The position numbers and the translations under genes were made by a program. A DNA stretch of 63,552 nucleotides, the filler included, from Perkinsus chesapeaki ATCC PRA-425 (lineage: Eukaryota > Protista > Perkinsozoa), in NCBI GenBank assembly GCA_013115145.1. It is 3 parts of 3 records of this genome, joined end to end, with 100 filler letters (N's around TTAATTAATTAA, not from the genome) between each part and the next. Parts side by side here need not be neighbours in the genome. Positions count along the whole stretch, not along the records: positions 1 to 30,167 come from JAAPAO010000441.1; 2 more parts are not named here. One strand, written 5' to 3'. The notes beneath the pieces were generated by a model. The model did not search any database. It saw only the letters and a list, made by a program, of their open reading frames with translations, and had not been told where the DNA came from. Positions 13,025 through 25,855 of this stretch are shown here, one piece after another. How positions within the stretch are numbered: the first letter of the stretch is position 1; every line of letters begins with the position of its first letter.

Positions 13025-16000
13025 TTAGTCCGCGCGATTGCCGCTGGTGGCGCTTCGCTGATTTCCACCACCTGCCGCAGCCTCCATGGTCACATACAGC
13101 GCATTCGAAGTGCTATGGCGAAGGGACGACAACAGACTTCGCTGGTGATGATGGTGCTGCTGCTGCTCTGCTGTGGGGCCCTCGGTGTATCGACCAGAGA
13201 AGTGAGAGGGGGAGGATATGGACGATTCACGAGGAACGTTACCGAGATGCTCTGATGCGACGGAATCTGAAACAAAGCATGCGATCCGAGGCCGTGGCTC
13301 GGGAGAACGACTTCGGAGAGATTTCGGAGAAAATAGATCCCCAACAACAGAAGTAGCCCCAGACAAGATTGTTGCTATACATTTCACCCTTCCCCAGTTC
13401 CTAATTGCCGGAGCGCTGTAGAAATGCGAAAGAGGTCCCAAATTCCTCCCCTGAGAACTACTGCAGACACTACTGTCCTGTCATATAAGGCGCAATGTGA
13501 CGCAGAAGCCTAATCCCCTCGAAATCCTCACCTTTAGCATCGTCAACATCAAAGCTATCAGGCAACTTAATACTGGGGGTGCACGACAGTGAGAACAATG
13601 TGCGGCCAACCTGATCATGGACATATAATAGTACTATTTGGCGGACCATATAGATACGAGCATACAGCAACCAAGTAAGAACTTTCGATGTGATGCCATG
13701 TCTCACCTGAATAGCAGTCGGTGCTCCATCAGCCGGCAGAGGTATTTCATTTCCACGGACAGCAACTAGAGTACCAAACTTCGACATGAGGTCCTGAATA
13801 ACAACAAACGCATCATCACACAATTTCGTGGCGCGCGAGAATCACCTGGATGAATACATGACCGTTCTCATATCGGAGACTTGCGTGCTTGCGGGAGATT
13901 GAGACCTGAATTAGCGAAAAAATATCATCCGCGTCTGCTGCCATAGAGTCAAGAGCCCTTCCAATATACTAATAATTTCGCTCTAACATCCCCACATTGT
14001 AGTGCGGTTTCCTGAAGCATAAACTGTAAAGAGGATAACTTTACGGGAAAAGTTCGAGACCTCCTCTCGGCTTCCCGATCCTATCGCTAAGGAGCTTAGT
14101 TACTTGGTGCTCCACGGAGAAAGTGAGCACTAGGAAGATTACAATAGAATATTACGGATCAGTAAACCCATTAAAACGGTGAAATTGAAGCCACTAGAAG
14201 CTCCGAACTGTTCTATAAGGATTGGTAATTACACACTAAATCGATCCCTGCTTCATCTGGTCGGCGTCATGACGTCGAGCCCCCGGACTTACATCAGTAA
14301 TCCTAACCTGGCTTTCATGCCCTCTACCAATAACAACGGGAGTGTTATCAGCTAAACTGATAACATGTAGACCAGAAGGGGTAAGGGAGGATGTCGAAGA
14401 CATGGAAGTGGGGTCTGAAGTAGTAGATGATGATACCACACAACGAACCAATTCAATTTCGGGTCCCAATGAAGTGTAACAAAATTAATCAACAAGTCAT
14501 TTGTTCCTAGACGCAATGCATTTAATGTTGAAGTTGGCTCTAGAGACATATTTGAAATATTCGGAATTTCCGCATTGAGAACACTTTTCGATATCCGAGT
14601 AACACATTTCAGGCCACCACCAGCAGGTCAGCTTACCAGCATTCTCCTCGTTGCAGGCAAGAGACTCCAATACAATAATGGGCGCGCGAAGTTGGGGTAC
14701 TTCTACTAGGGTGGTGAGACTGTTGGAATTAGGCAACTTTACCTGTTAAAGATAATACGATCAGATAGCGAAGAATTACATCGGGCATGGATAGAGTGCG
14801 TAAAAAAACCAGAAAAACATCTATCACGAACGAAAGGATTTCGAAGGAGAGTTGCCAAGTGATACTTGCCGGGCAGCTAAGCACCCGAAAGATGCTAATC
14901 TGACGCAAATTCCATCAGCATTGGAGACAAATCTCACTCGAGATAGCTTCTACAAGAGCGAAGAAGATGTTCAATCCAAGCCGAATGTGAATATAAAATG
15001 AGACTAAGCGAAGTCTATCAGTACGGATAGTGTGGTATAGGGTAGTGTCAGGCAGAGCAGACCAATATACGGTTATACGAGGTACGAGTTATAACAAGCA
15101 TTATAATACAAATATATTCTATAAAGAAATTAAATTAAGATATTAAATTAAGATACTCTATAACGATATTAAATTAAGATATCATATAAAGATACTTAAT
15201 AAAGTTGTTCTATAAAGATATATAAGACATGCATCGCTTCCTTACATATGTGGGATAAACTTGTTTGCAGAGTTCACAAGATAACTGCTTGTAGAAAAAA
15301 TGACAAGTAGCGAGAGCATCAGATTCATCCGGCAAATCCAGACGACCGTTAATCCAACGCCTTAGGCATGACAGATGAACGTATCTAAATAAACAGCCGC
15401 CGTGGAAATGCGAAGGTCCTCCAAACCTACCTGATACTGCCACTGCAATTGCACGGGGCAATCATCGGGTCGTCATCCTCGGCACCTAAGAGCACAGTTC
15501 ATTTACGAAAACTTTACGGGGCGGGAGATTTTCCAACGAAAAAAAGTTGAGAATGGACGACAATGCTAATGCACCCTTGGCCATTGGTACCCGAGACGTA
15601 ATCGCACAGCTAGATGAATCTAGGGTTGAAGCGAGAGAGTCCGAACCGATTGCCGAACCCCAAGAGCAACCGTGGAATCTGGGAGATCCTGCATTGTCGA
15701 ATTTAATAACTTGAGCACGTTTGATAGGGCGAACTTCCGAGTTGGAGGATACTTCGTTATTTTTCAAAAATTCCTTACCGATGACAAAAGCCTACCGGGG
15801 ATTCGCATATACATTGTGTCCGTCGCGGCTGATTCCCGTTGTATCGAGCAAAGCATATCTCACCTTCCATGAGGCATATTTTGCAAACAAGTTTCTTGCT
15901 TTCTTCAGTGCCACCTCCAACAGCTACCACAACTGATGAACCTAAGATACCTCACGTACTTGATGATACGTTAATACACATACTGCACTGGCAACATAGG

Positions 16001-17691
16001 ACATGAAGGGTGTTTCAATTTCACACACAGCATACATTTTACCGCATCTTTTTGATCAGGACCGAAGTTCAGCTCCTAAGACTTCAGTCCAATATGTAAA
16101 ATGGTGTGCATAAGTTTTCGAATCACGCCATCTATTTGATTCGAGGACCCTAGAAATAGCGCTCACTCTTCGCGAGCATTTTTCATTCAAACGTATCCAC
16201 TTGATAAACCCCTGCTGCTGCTCACCGCTGTTTTTCCCGGAGAGCTCAATCTCATCCTGGCTAACGGTCCTCGAAGGACGGCGATTGGAAGGGCCGCTCT
16301 CGTTACCTCTAGACGAGCAACGGGAACCTATACGAATGAAAATAGTCACGCGCCGCGAAATTATAGTACTACTCCGACGGAAGGACCGGCTTAACTGACG
16401 CTTTCTCTGACGGTAAGTGCGCGCCAAGTTGAGCGAGGGCCACTGAAAATGGGAGCAATGAACAGGCGCAGGTTCGATTCCCAGCCCCGGCATACTGCGT
16501 CTTCTTCGTCCTCGGTTCCCATACAAGTCTCGGCTGAATCCGAACGATAGGCCAACGAAGAGGCATCACTGGAGGCGTCATCGTCCAGGATTATCTGACG
16601 GCGAATATTCCATGCATGTGATCGCCCGAGAAAGACTTTCTATGAAATTCACCATCTATTTGGAACGCATGGAGCTCGATGCATGATTCAAGAGAGGGGA
16701 GATTCAATTAATCATAATTTCGATAATTTCTACCATTTCTATCAATTGAGGTGAGATTTAGAAGCACAAAAGAAAAATAACCAACTTATCGATCAATATG
16801 ATTTCAATATCCCAAAAAGAGTAACCGAAGGAATATCCACGACGGCCTGTGCAATTGGGGGGCAATTTCTGATTTACGCAAAGGCAAACATTTTAATCCT
16901 GAGGAGCTTTGGAGATAAGAAGAACTAACTTACCTGTTTCACGAGCATTTGATAACGACCAAGCTTGATGAGATCTCCTTCATGAAGGCAATAACCAGTG
17001 GGGGCAGAATGACGGACCACCACCCAGGAATGGAGCTCGTCATCATTAGCGCCGACTGAGACCATAGCGACTAGATGGTCTAGCAGTTAAAGGAGTTGCT
17101 TGGTAAGCAAACAATCCCTGGGTCGATTCTTGCAGCTAGCTATTTACTTACTGGGAGCTCTTCTATGGACGGTCTTCGCAACAAAGCCATCATCAGTTTC
17201 ATTCCTGAAGGGAAACTCTCTATTAAAAACAAGACTCCTCTACTATATATAACGCCTCCAATAATATAACCCTAACTTCTGAAAATAATTATCTCTGAAG
17301 CAACTCCAGAAGCCAGGACAGGCAAAACGGAGCTGGGATTATATTCGCAAGCACATGTCCTTAATATCTGTTTTATATATTTTCAGCGGGCCGATAAATG
17401 CAATGCGCCTTTTCAATCATATCTGTCATCGAGACCCACTCGGGGATAGCCGGCATCCTCCAAGAGTAATTTCGCGTGTCCATACAGAATACATTTTTCT
17501 CACAATCTCCACCCTTACTACCTGGCCAGACGCAGCAAAGGCATTCTGTCATCGGGATGGGACGGATCTCTAACAGCGAGCGCCACTTCAGATTTGGTAG
17601 GGTCGGCCAGGGGACTGTCCGCTCGGACGAACTTGGCGTCTGAGACAACATTGTGCATAGGAAATTCGAAGGTCACTACTACCTGCGGCAT
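13025..17691 (-). CDS. Multi-exon FHA-domain + RINGv (MARCH-type) E3 ligase-like protein
   Basis: RINGv: DDPMIAPCNCSGSIR|YVHLSCLRRWI..CELCKQVYP. FHA: VVIGRGHESQVRITDVS and ENGHVFIQ|DLMSKFGTLV. Ends approximate; an upstream exon near 17927-18127 is possible. Confidence 0.8.
16464..16492 (+). other. tRNA 3'-end-like module, antisense to the FHA/RINGv gene
   Basis: AGGCGCAGGTTCGATT CCCAGCCCCGGCA, inside a 53-nt GT..AG segment (16443-16495) on the minus strand. No oligo-T. Confidence 0.65.
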
Positions 17692-19974
17692 CTGCGGGGA
17701 TTGTGAACCGATTATAAGTAACGTGCCTGACGGTGGGGGAGGTGGAGTAGACAGTGACAAATAGTAGGGAGATTGTAATAGTAAATTGCAGCAAGTTTGA
17801 GACATCATTCGACTGCATATATAACGCTATTACATAGACGCTAGTGAATATGTAACCATAGAAAGTAGAATGCAGCTTTAATGGTTTAACAAGATAGAGA
17901 ATACTGCTCGTTATAACCATATAGTATTACCTTGACTCGTAGTCAAAGAGATCGTGGGAATCTCTCATCCACGTAGTCGCTACGACATCTACACAGTTCT
18001 CATGAGCCCCATCTGAGGTACCATCGAGGCAAGAACATCCATCAGAGGTCATCTCTGATTGGAAACGGTCAACCCGGCCTGATGCTGAAGTCATATGTTG
18101 CTGCTGCTGCATTGATGACGACAACAATAAAATAGAGCGTTTATAAGAAGTATTTAGACTGTGACAATTGTGACTGTTATACCAAGGAATAACACGCCTG
18201 CTAGGAATAGCTAGAGGTGTCAGAAAACTGAACGCCGCTAGCCGGTTGCCTATCCATGAATTTCAAGCTCAACCAAGTTACACTCCTCAAGTGTAACCGG
18301 ACCTCAACGGGGCCGTTAAATAAGCAAGAGATCCGATGAAAGAGAATCGATAGCCTTCGAGGAGAATTTGTCTAAAATATATCGTCACCGAAAGACTAGC
18401 GTGCGCCGAAGTAATCGATTTGCGCAGTTGGATGGCCGCAGTAGTAGCAGTGGAGACTCGCTGATGCAGAACGTGCGGAAGCCTTATGATGATGAATGGC
18501 ATAACGTTTGGAAGGTAAATATTGGGATGGATATAATGGGTTGAATTCTCGGTGAAAAATGGCAAAAATATCGTGATTCTAAATGGAACAATTTTGAACT
18601 TACTGCCAGTGAGTTACCGGCAGTTCACGAGATACATATAATTGGCTTTTACACGAGGATTCCTAGTGGAAGTAGGATTATGTCGGAATCTGAGAAACCG
18701 GGTAACATTGATAATCAGTTCCACGGTATGCGTAGCACTTACACAAAGATTGGCTATTATTAATTTTGTTTGTAATCCCAGCCGCAATATTCTTTATAGC
18801 ATAAACTGTCCATAATATATTCACTGTTCATAATGTCCGAATGTATACTGTATAAAGTACTACTCACAATGTCTGTATGTGCTCTATAGATTACTGTTCG
18901 TAATATCTCTATATGCTGTACGAAAGCCGGTTCATAATGTATTTATCTACCATATAATATACCGTCTATGTTGTTCTCATAGACCGTATGAAATGCTGTT
19001 CATAATGTCTTTATATACTTTATGTCTCTTTAATATTGCTCGTAGTAGTCTCTGCGCTGTCGGATGATAGGAGACTCTATTAAGGAGAGTGCAGCGCTTT
19101 GAGCGCTATTATGGTCAGTGCTAATAAGTCGTAAATAATAACTACCCGTTTAAGTTATGGCATACATCGTTATAGTTTCTCTCCCAGTCTCTCCCACACG
19201 TAATCCTTAGGTCACCACCCTAGGACTCCGAGACGACGACAAAGCCCAGCGGATGCTTCAGAGCGCAGCCCAGTTAGTAATTCCTATTATGAAAAAACGG
19301 AGATGGTAATTTGTTTCCTGACGGCATGAATACTACACGAAGATACGCTTTAGGAGAGTTGCCCATATGATGGAATTCGTCCCCAAGAATAACAGGCTAT
19401 TAGGGCTCAATGTCAACAGGGGATTAGCGGTTAAAATTCGATTGAGACGCAATAGGGAGCCTGGCCACTTCCTATCGTATATGGATATACTAGGTAGTCT
19501 CGCGGGCGGTGGAAAATTAGCAACTCTGCGTATCTTCTTGTATTGAATCTTAGGTAGGATAACCAACGGTTATTAACTATTGTTCCTGCATGCTCTGTCT
19601 GGCTCTCTCCTTTGGCCACAGAGGTTGCGGTTCTTGGGGAGCGTATACGTATAGTCCTCCTCCATCGTTCATGATACACTTATGGCTCCGCATCCGTTTG
19701 CTTACTCCAAAAATCATTCCATGCCCAATAGTGACACTAGAGCTTTGCGTATTTTGCGGGCAGGCAGAGGTGCGCCACCTTGCAAGCTCGAGAGGCAACC
19801 TGCTGGTGCCTCGATCGCAGGTGTCCCTTGTGTTTGCGACATAGACGTAGAATAGTTACAATGCGATGGTTATAGACCATAACGATTCTATCGTAACTAT
19901 TATAAGCTTAACCTACGGCGATGGTTTCGAATGTATTTCAGCAGGCTTCAATTGTGATTTAGACTACTCCGCGT

Positions 19975-22100
19975 TTGTTCGACTGTGAAGATGCTCCGAA
20001 TAAGACCGTCAAACCGTCATTGCGGAGGCCGCGTGCCCCACGTGGCCTGCCAGCGAGTTCTTGGACTAGTTCATGGATGGCAATAGGGCCGAGCAGTCGG
20101 AAATATCGGGGGCATAAGAATAATTTTAGTCACCTCCCGTGCCGGATCGTTGATGATGAGGGGGATGAGAATCATTACTCCTTTGCACGCTATATTTAAG
20201 GATACAACGAAGGAGAGAATCTGGGTGATGTGTAACTTCCGGCATTCTGGTATGAACCGGGACATCAACATGAAGACGACCACGACGTTACCAGGCTTAC
20301 CGCGAGCTAGCTAGAAGGCGATGGTAGAACGTCCCTTCTAAGTTATTCCGCTAAAGAATGCATATCGCATTTTCACAATATGATATGAAAATTGGTCTCT
20401 GATTAAGCCCTTTGAGCTCGCTGAGGCAAATAGTTCAATAACTACCCTACTTATTAGTGCTATGATAACGTCCGGTCTAAATCTTAGCGTGTGGCGTATG
20501 GTCGTATTCTGCGCCTCTATCGCGGCAAGCGGAACCCGCTTGAGCTTGCACGCGGATATCGTCCCTTGCTATGATCGGATATTGTCAGACAATCGATGAA
20601 ATTCGACCGAAGCATTAATTATCTCGGTCGATTTTCTGCTTGCATGTCTATTGCTGCCCTCATTGCGTTCCCGGTGGACCTATGCTTATGTGCTCCGTTG
20701 TGCCTTTACTGCATATTCTATATCTTTCATCTTAGCAGACCGTGGGTCCCGACTAAGAGGGGGAGTGTACTTTCAAGTAACGCATCTAACATTGTCGAGT
20801 ACACTGAAGTTCACTATGGTGAAGCGGCTTCACTGAAGCCACCTCGTTGCTTCATCTCTATGTCGGGAGTTTCTTTGTTCCAAGATATTTGAAAATTACC
20901 CGCTAGCTAGCATGAATTTCGTTCGTACTTTTTCATATTGAATCATTTCTATCAGGTACCGTGCTCCACGAGCTCGTTCACAACTCTTACGGTCCTCATA
21001 ATGCGGCTTTTTATAAGTGTCTAGATAGCATCAAAGCCGAATGCGAGGTTCTTATTTTGGGACACCCATTGTCATCAGAGCTGTTCAATCGGAAGGCTCA
21101 CAGGCCTGATGGTAATTCGCGAAATGATTTCGGTTGAGCATTTTTCTAGTCTCAGAGAGTGCGTCTACATCGTCTGATAAGTTGGTTGAATTTAGTCCTG
21201 AAGTCGGTCAAAGGAAGCCGAGAAAGGCCAGAACGCCTAGAATTAAACGTGGAAGAGGAAGGAAGCTTGGCGGGGATAAGAAGGCATATGCTGAGCTACC
21301 ACAGAGGGAACTGGCTAGGTAATGGGGAAGAGAAGATGTGGGATAAGATATTTACGGACACTTCTATGGAGCTTACATCACTTGCTTGTCTATTGCCGAC
21401 GAAAAGAACGTCGGTAAAATCTTGCGAAACTTCGGTCGAGTTTTCGAGCAGTCGCAAGCAGTCGGTGAACTAGAAAGAGCTCAGGTATTCCAGCACTATA
21501 CAGAATGTTTCGTACTATGGATTGTTAATTTTTATAATATCTCATCGACTACCGGGCGCTGCGTCCTGAGAGCCGCGGGGCAAGTTCCTGTTATTTTCAG
21601 AATGGCAGCGGAGCGACGCATGAGAGATGCACAATTATGTGACACTCATGATGATGGTCCTGATGATTCACCTCCAGTGGAGAGCAGCTCGAGCGAGAGG
21701 GAACATAAAAGGAAGAGGATAAAACCCAATAATGGTGCGCTGTATTTAGGATCTCATCACAGTATTCTAATATATCTTCGTAATAGTTCGAGGCTCTATA
21801 TTGCGCGTTTGTGATTATCGTTTATAGTATCTGATGACGAGAACCGAACCATAGCAGGTATACTGTGGATTGTCACCATTGTGAGCATGTGAATCGGTTA
21901 ACTCCAGTACGCCGAGTTTAACGATGTATTTGAAAACCATGCGGATCGATTTTCGCTCAAATAACTACCGAAGAGGTTATTTTCCCATCCCTAGGTGACG
22001 TGTGTATCCCAGCTTCAAGCTCAACTACGACTAAGCCGGCCAAGAGTTCCAGAACGAACGATAGAGAGGAACGTAAAATAATAGAGTTGTCGGACAGCAG
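19975..22100 (+). CDS. Hypothetical multi-exon protein
   Basis: Chain of exon-like frames (20596-20892, 21134-21322, 21386-21814) with GT/AG boundaries and K/R-rich segments. No domain recognised. Confidence 0.35.
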
Positions 22101-22953
22101 CAGCAGCAGTGATGAGGATACGAAGGAGGAAGGCGTCAAGTGCCCTTGGTGTAATATATTAGGAAATATAATATCTAATACGTATTGGAATAAAATAATA
22201 CTATATACTGTATGTGACTGTGATGAGGTAAAAATAGAGTAGTTGCAGCACAATAATTATATTTTCATTATGGTATTCATGTGTGAAATTTGACGTTATG
22301 AAACATATTGTCTACGGAGAACTCGGAAAGATATGAAGTATCTCAATTTGTTGCCCCGGGCTGTACTAATGCCGGTTTTCTCGAAATGTTTTTATAGAGG
22401 TTCGATTTAAGCTGTGACATCATCACAGTTGATATCAGTATTATTAAAAGTGAATCTCACCAAAAGCTACCCGACACTCAATTCCTTAGCGTGTTACTAT
22501 ATCGTGAAGGAGTTAACGTAATGAATATAGTTAACTGAGAGAGTGGGCACTAGCAGCCTCGACATGCACATACTCACGAGTTCGTTGCACTTCGTCTTGA
22601 ATAGGTCGCCTGACTGAGAGCTCGTGCTGTTGCATATTTGATCAGTCACACTAAGCTAGTTGTAGTATCACTTCCCCGACCCTCAGGTTCGCTACCGATT
22701 CCACAGAGCTCCTGGCGGAAATGTCCGGCCTGTGAGGGTCCAAATCCGGATCGTTTAGATGGTGACTGACCCAAACTGGATCTGCTGTTAATGTATAATA
22801 ACGTGGACATTTCGGTGTAAATTTGGTATCATTAATTTAATCACAGCACGTTTCATGGGAAAAGTTTGTTGAGTTATGGTGCGTAGGGCGGAGCGAAGCG
22901 ATTCACGAGTGCAGGTTTTCGTTAGTTGGAGTTTTTACTTATTTCTGGTTGAT

Positions 22954-25618
22954 ATGTCTTTGAAAGTAAGATCGCATCTTGAGCTTGAGCGTGCAGAATG
23001 CATATCTGGTCAACGCTCGTATTGGTGTCTGTTTTAGTCTCGAGAGCAAAAGCGACTTAATAAGGAGCTCGAGGATATCCGTTCACAGTCGGAGGAAAGC
23101 TCTATTGATGCCGACACTGTTGGTGATGACTTGACACATTGGAAGGTAATACTCTTGGGCGGCGGGACGGAATGGAATCTGGGTTTTCGCTTGAATGTTT
23201 GGTGGATAGAAATTTTCACCGAGGTAGATTCTATTGAACATTGGCAAACTTCATGAAAGCAGCGATTCGTTGCATTATGGTGCGATAGGAGCCTTTGCAT
23301 ATATTGATTCTCCTGCCGATTGCGGCGCCCCACTTCACAGTGGGAAAATTTAAGAGTCCGTTTATGCAGACGATTATGTTTGTCGCGATTGGGGTTATGG
23401 CAAATAACTTCCGTCACCGACATGCCATATATTGATCCGTGAGAGCCGGATGAATGGTTCTCCGATGCCCGACACAATTTCAGAAACCGAGAGGAAACTT
23501 GGCCGAACTCCCGGTTAGCATTTTCCAGCTCTTTATAAATTGCAAGGTCACGATGATATAGTGACGGTTCGATATGAGAGGAATCTACCTTTCAACCGAG
23601 GCAGCTACCGCAGCTGCTCACAGTGCAGTGCGTTCGCGTTTGTAGGGAAAGGTGATTAGAATGTATGATAGTTATTATTTATTATTATTAAATTATACCA
23701 ACTGGATATTACAATTGATTAACATATTATTATACAATTATTAATAATACAGTTCTTTAATCGTAAAATAATATTATATTAATATATATGATTAATTATT
23801 AATGATATTAATTATTATAATTATTAATAATACAGTTTTTCTTTGAATTAAATTTCACGATGGAATTATTTATTGTACGTTATTCTTCAGGGTACAATAG
23901 AAGGCCCTCCCGGCACCCCGTATGAAGGCGGCCATTTCATCATAGACATTACCATCCCTCCCGATTATCCGTACGAATCTAATAACAGTTCCTTTGGGAT
24001 TCTGGGCATCAGGTACACCCCTCCGAAGATGCAGTTCGACACCAAAATATGGCACCCTAATATTAGCTCACAAACCGGTAGGATTCTTCGGGGCCAGATT
24101 TTTTTATACTAATGCGAGGTGCATCATAGAGCACGTGTTTTTCAACTGTGCAGCTTGGATGGCTGAGCGCTCGTACTTGGCGAAAAAGGCTTTTCCTTGG
24201 CATCCCGTCGATAAGTTTTGGAACCCGGTAGCATAGCGTGGATAAGCGTATCTAAGCTTTTGCAAGACACGGATTTTTTTTATTGGCTGAAGCCGAAGCT
24301 CATTTCAAAAAAAGTTGCCGAAAACGGCCCGCGTTTGGCTCGAAATACATTTTGCATTACTGATGTTGTGTATTTTGTTAGGCGCTATCTGCTTGGATGT
24401 TCTTGGTAAGGAATGGTCACCAGCCTTGACGATTCGTACCGCTCTCTTGAGTATTCAAGTAAGAATTGGGGTATACCTCACCCAGGCTTTGCGAAGGTGT
24501 TCCGCACATTAGGCGGGAATTGGTAGAACTTCGAATCGAAATGATGAATTTCCTATCGGATTTTGCTCAAGAATGCGCCTTCATCTATCATAAAATTGTG
24601 TATCGCCGAAGTGCGGGGCACACTTTATTATCGCTGGAGAAGTATCTTCGCCTCATCTTTCGCTTTCGTTAATAAAGCTTTACATCGTTATTGGGCATCT
24701 GTACAGTGCGAACCAAACCGTTATGCAAGTTCGTTTTTTTTGGTATAACTTTTTTAATTTTACGACTTAGAGCATGAAACTTGGGAGATTAAATTTAATT
24801 GAAGAATAAAGATTCTTGAAAGACTATAATAGTCCTTCACTTCACTTAGTATTGTCATATAGCTGCCAAAAGCCATATCACCTCATCGATCGGTATTATT
24901 TCAGGCTCTCTTGTCATGCGCTGAACCGGATGACCCGCAGGATGCCGAAGTTGCTAATATGTAAGCTGGCAATATCTCCGCGCGGATCGCTGGGGGAAAT
25001 CATCCAGTGGAGTCTCCTAAGGAGAAATATTCTATCAATACTAAAAGATGTGTGACGTGCATTTGTTTATGGCCGGCCTAAATCTGGAACTTATTTTTTC
25101 CCTATCGCCATTGCCGGTCCGAGTATCCCACATTGAGCGGAGTTTTGCCAAAACACCACTTGGATGCTATTTGTAGGTACAAATCGGATAGGGAGTTGTT
25201 CAATAAAACTGCTAAATACTGGACGGCTACTTTCGCTTGCGTAGAGGCTCAAGCACCGCATGAGGAGAAGGTATCACCGATCAAGGCCAAGGTTGAGCCT
25301 GGATTTTAGCTTCATTCTTATGTTGAGTATTTCGCCGTCTAAGATTCGGTAATTCAGTGTCATAGTTTTCCCCTCCAAATTTGTGGACTTCTGTCGGTAT
25401 TGTAAGTCCTAAGAAAACCTTGGTAGATACAGACCGCCGATCGAGTAGTCATTTCCGTTTTGTTTATATTCTCTCTTCTTTCGTGTCTCGTAGGAGGCCA
25501 TTCTATTCAGATAAAGAATATGTGCGATATGGGTTTCCCTCGCGATCAAGTAGTGAAGGCTCTGGAGGCTCACAACTGGGATGAAACCGTCGCTCTGAAC
25601 AGCCTTCTGGAAGGTTAG
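22954..25618 (+). CDS. UBC1: Ubiquitin-conjugating enzyme E2 with C-terminal UBA domain (UBC1/UBE2K class)
   Basis: MSLK|[17 protein letters not shown]|[21 protein letters not shown]|[22 protein letters not shown]|[25 protein letters not shown]|[20 protein letters not shown]: [29 protein letters not shown]. Confidence 0.93.
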
Positions 25619-25855
25619 ACTGTGACAGGTCGGCCTCGTTACAGCCAGCAGCTGCCTGATGACGAGCTTGAGTTGTTGCTTTTGTATCATTGGGTTGAAT
25701 AAGACTGTTGCGGTTGTCCTTTTGAGCTCGACTGTGTGCTGGTCTTTGCGTTTTGTTAATAAGGAAGGAACGGTGGATTTCAGTGGAATATGTTCTCGTT
25801 TATTTTCGGGTCTCCGGAGGAGCGAAACTCTGAGCAGGGCGATGAGCCAAAGGGA

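Noticed and set aside
18800-19060. AT-rich degenerate CTGTTCATAATGTC repeats
   Set aside because: Irregular spacing and low complexity. No defined unit could be supported.
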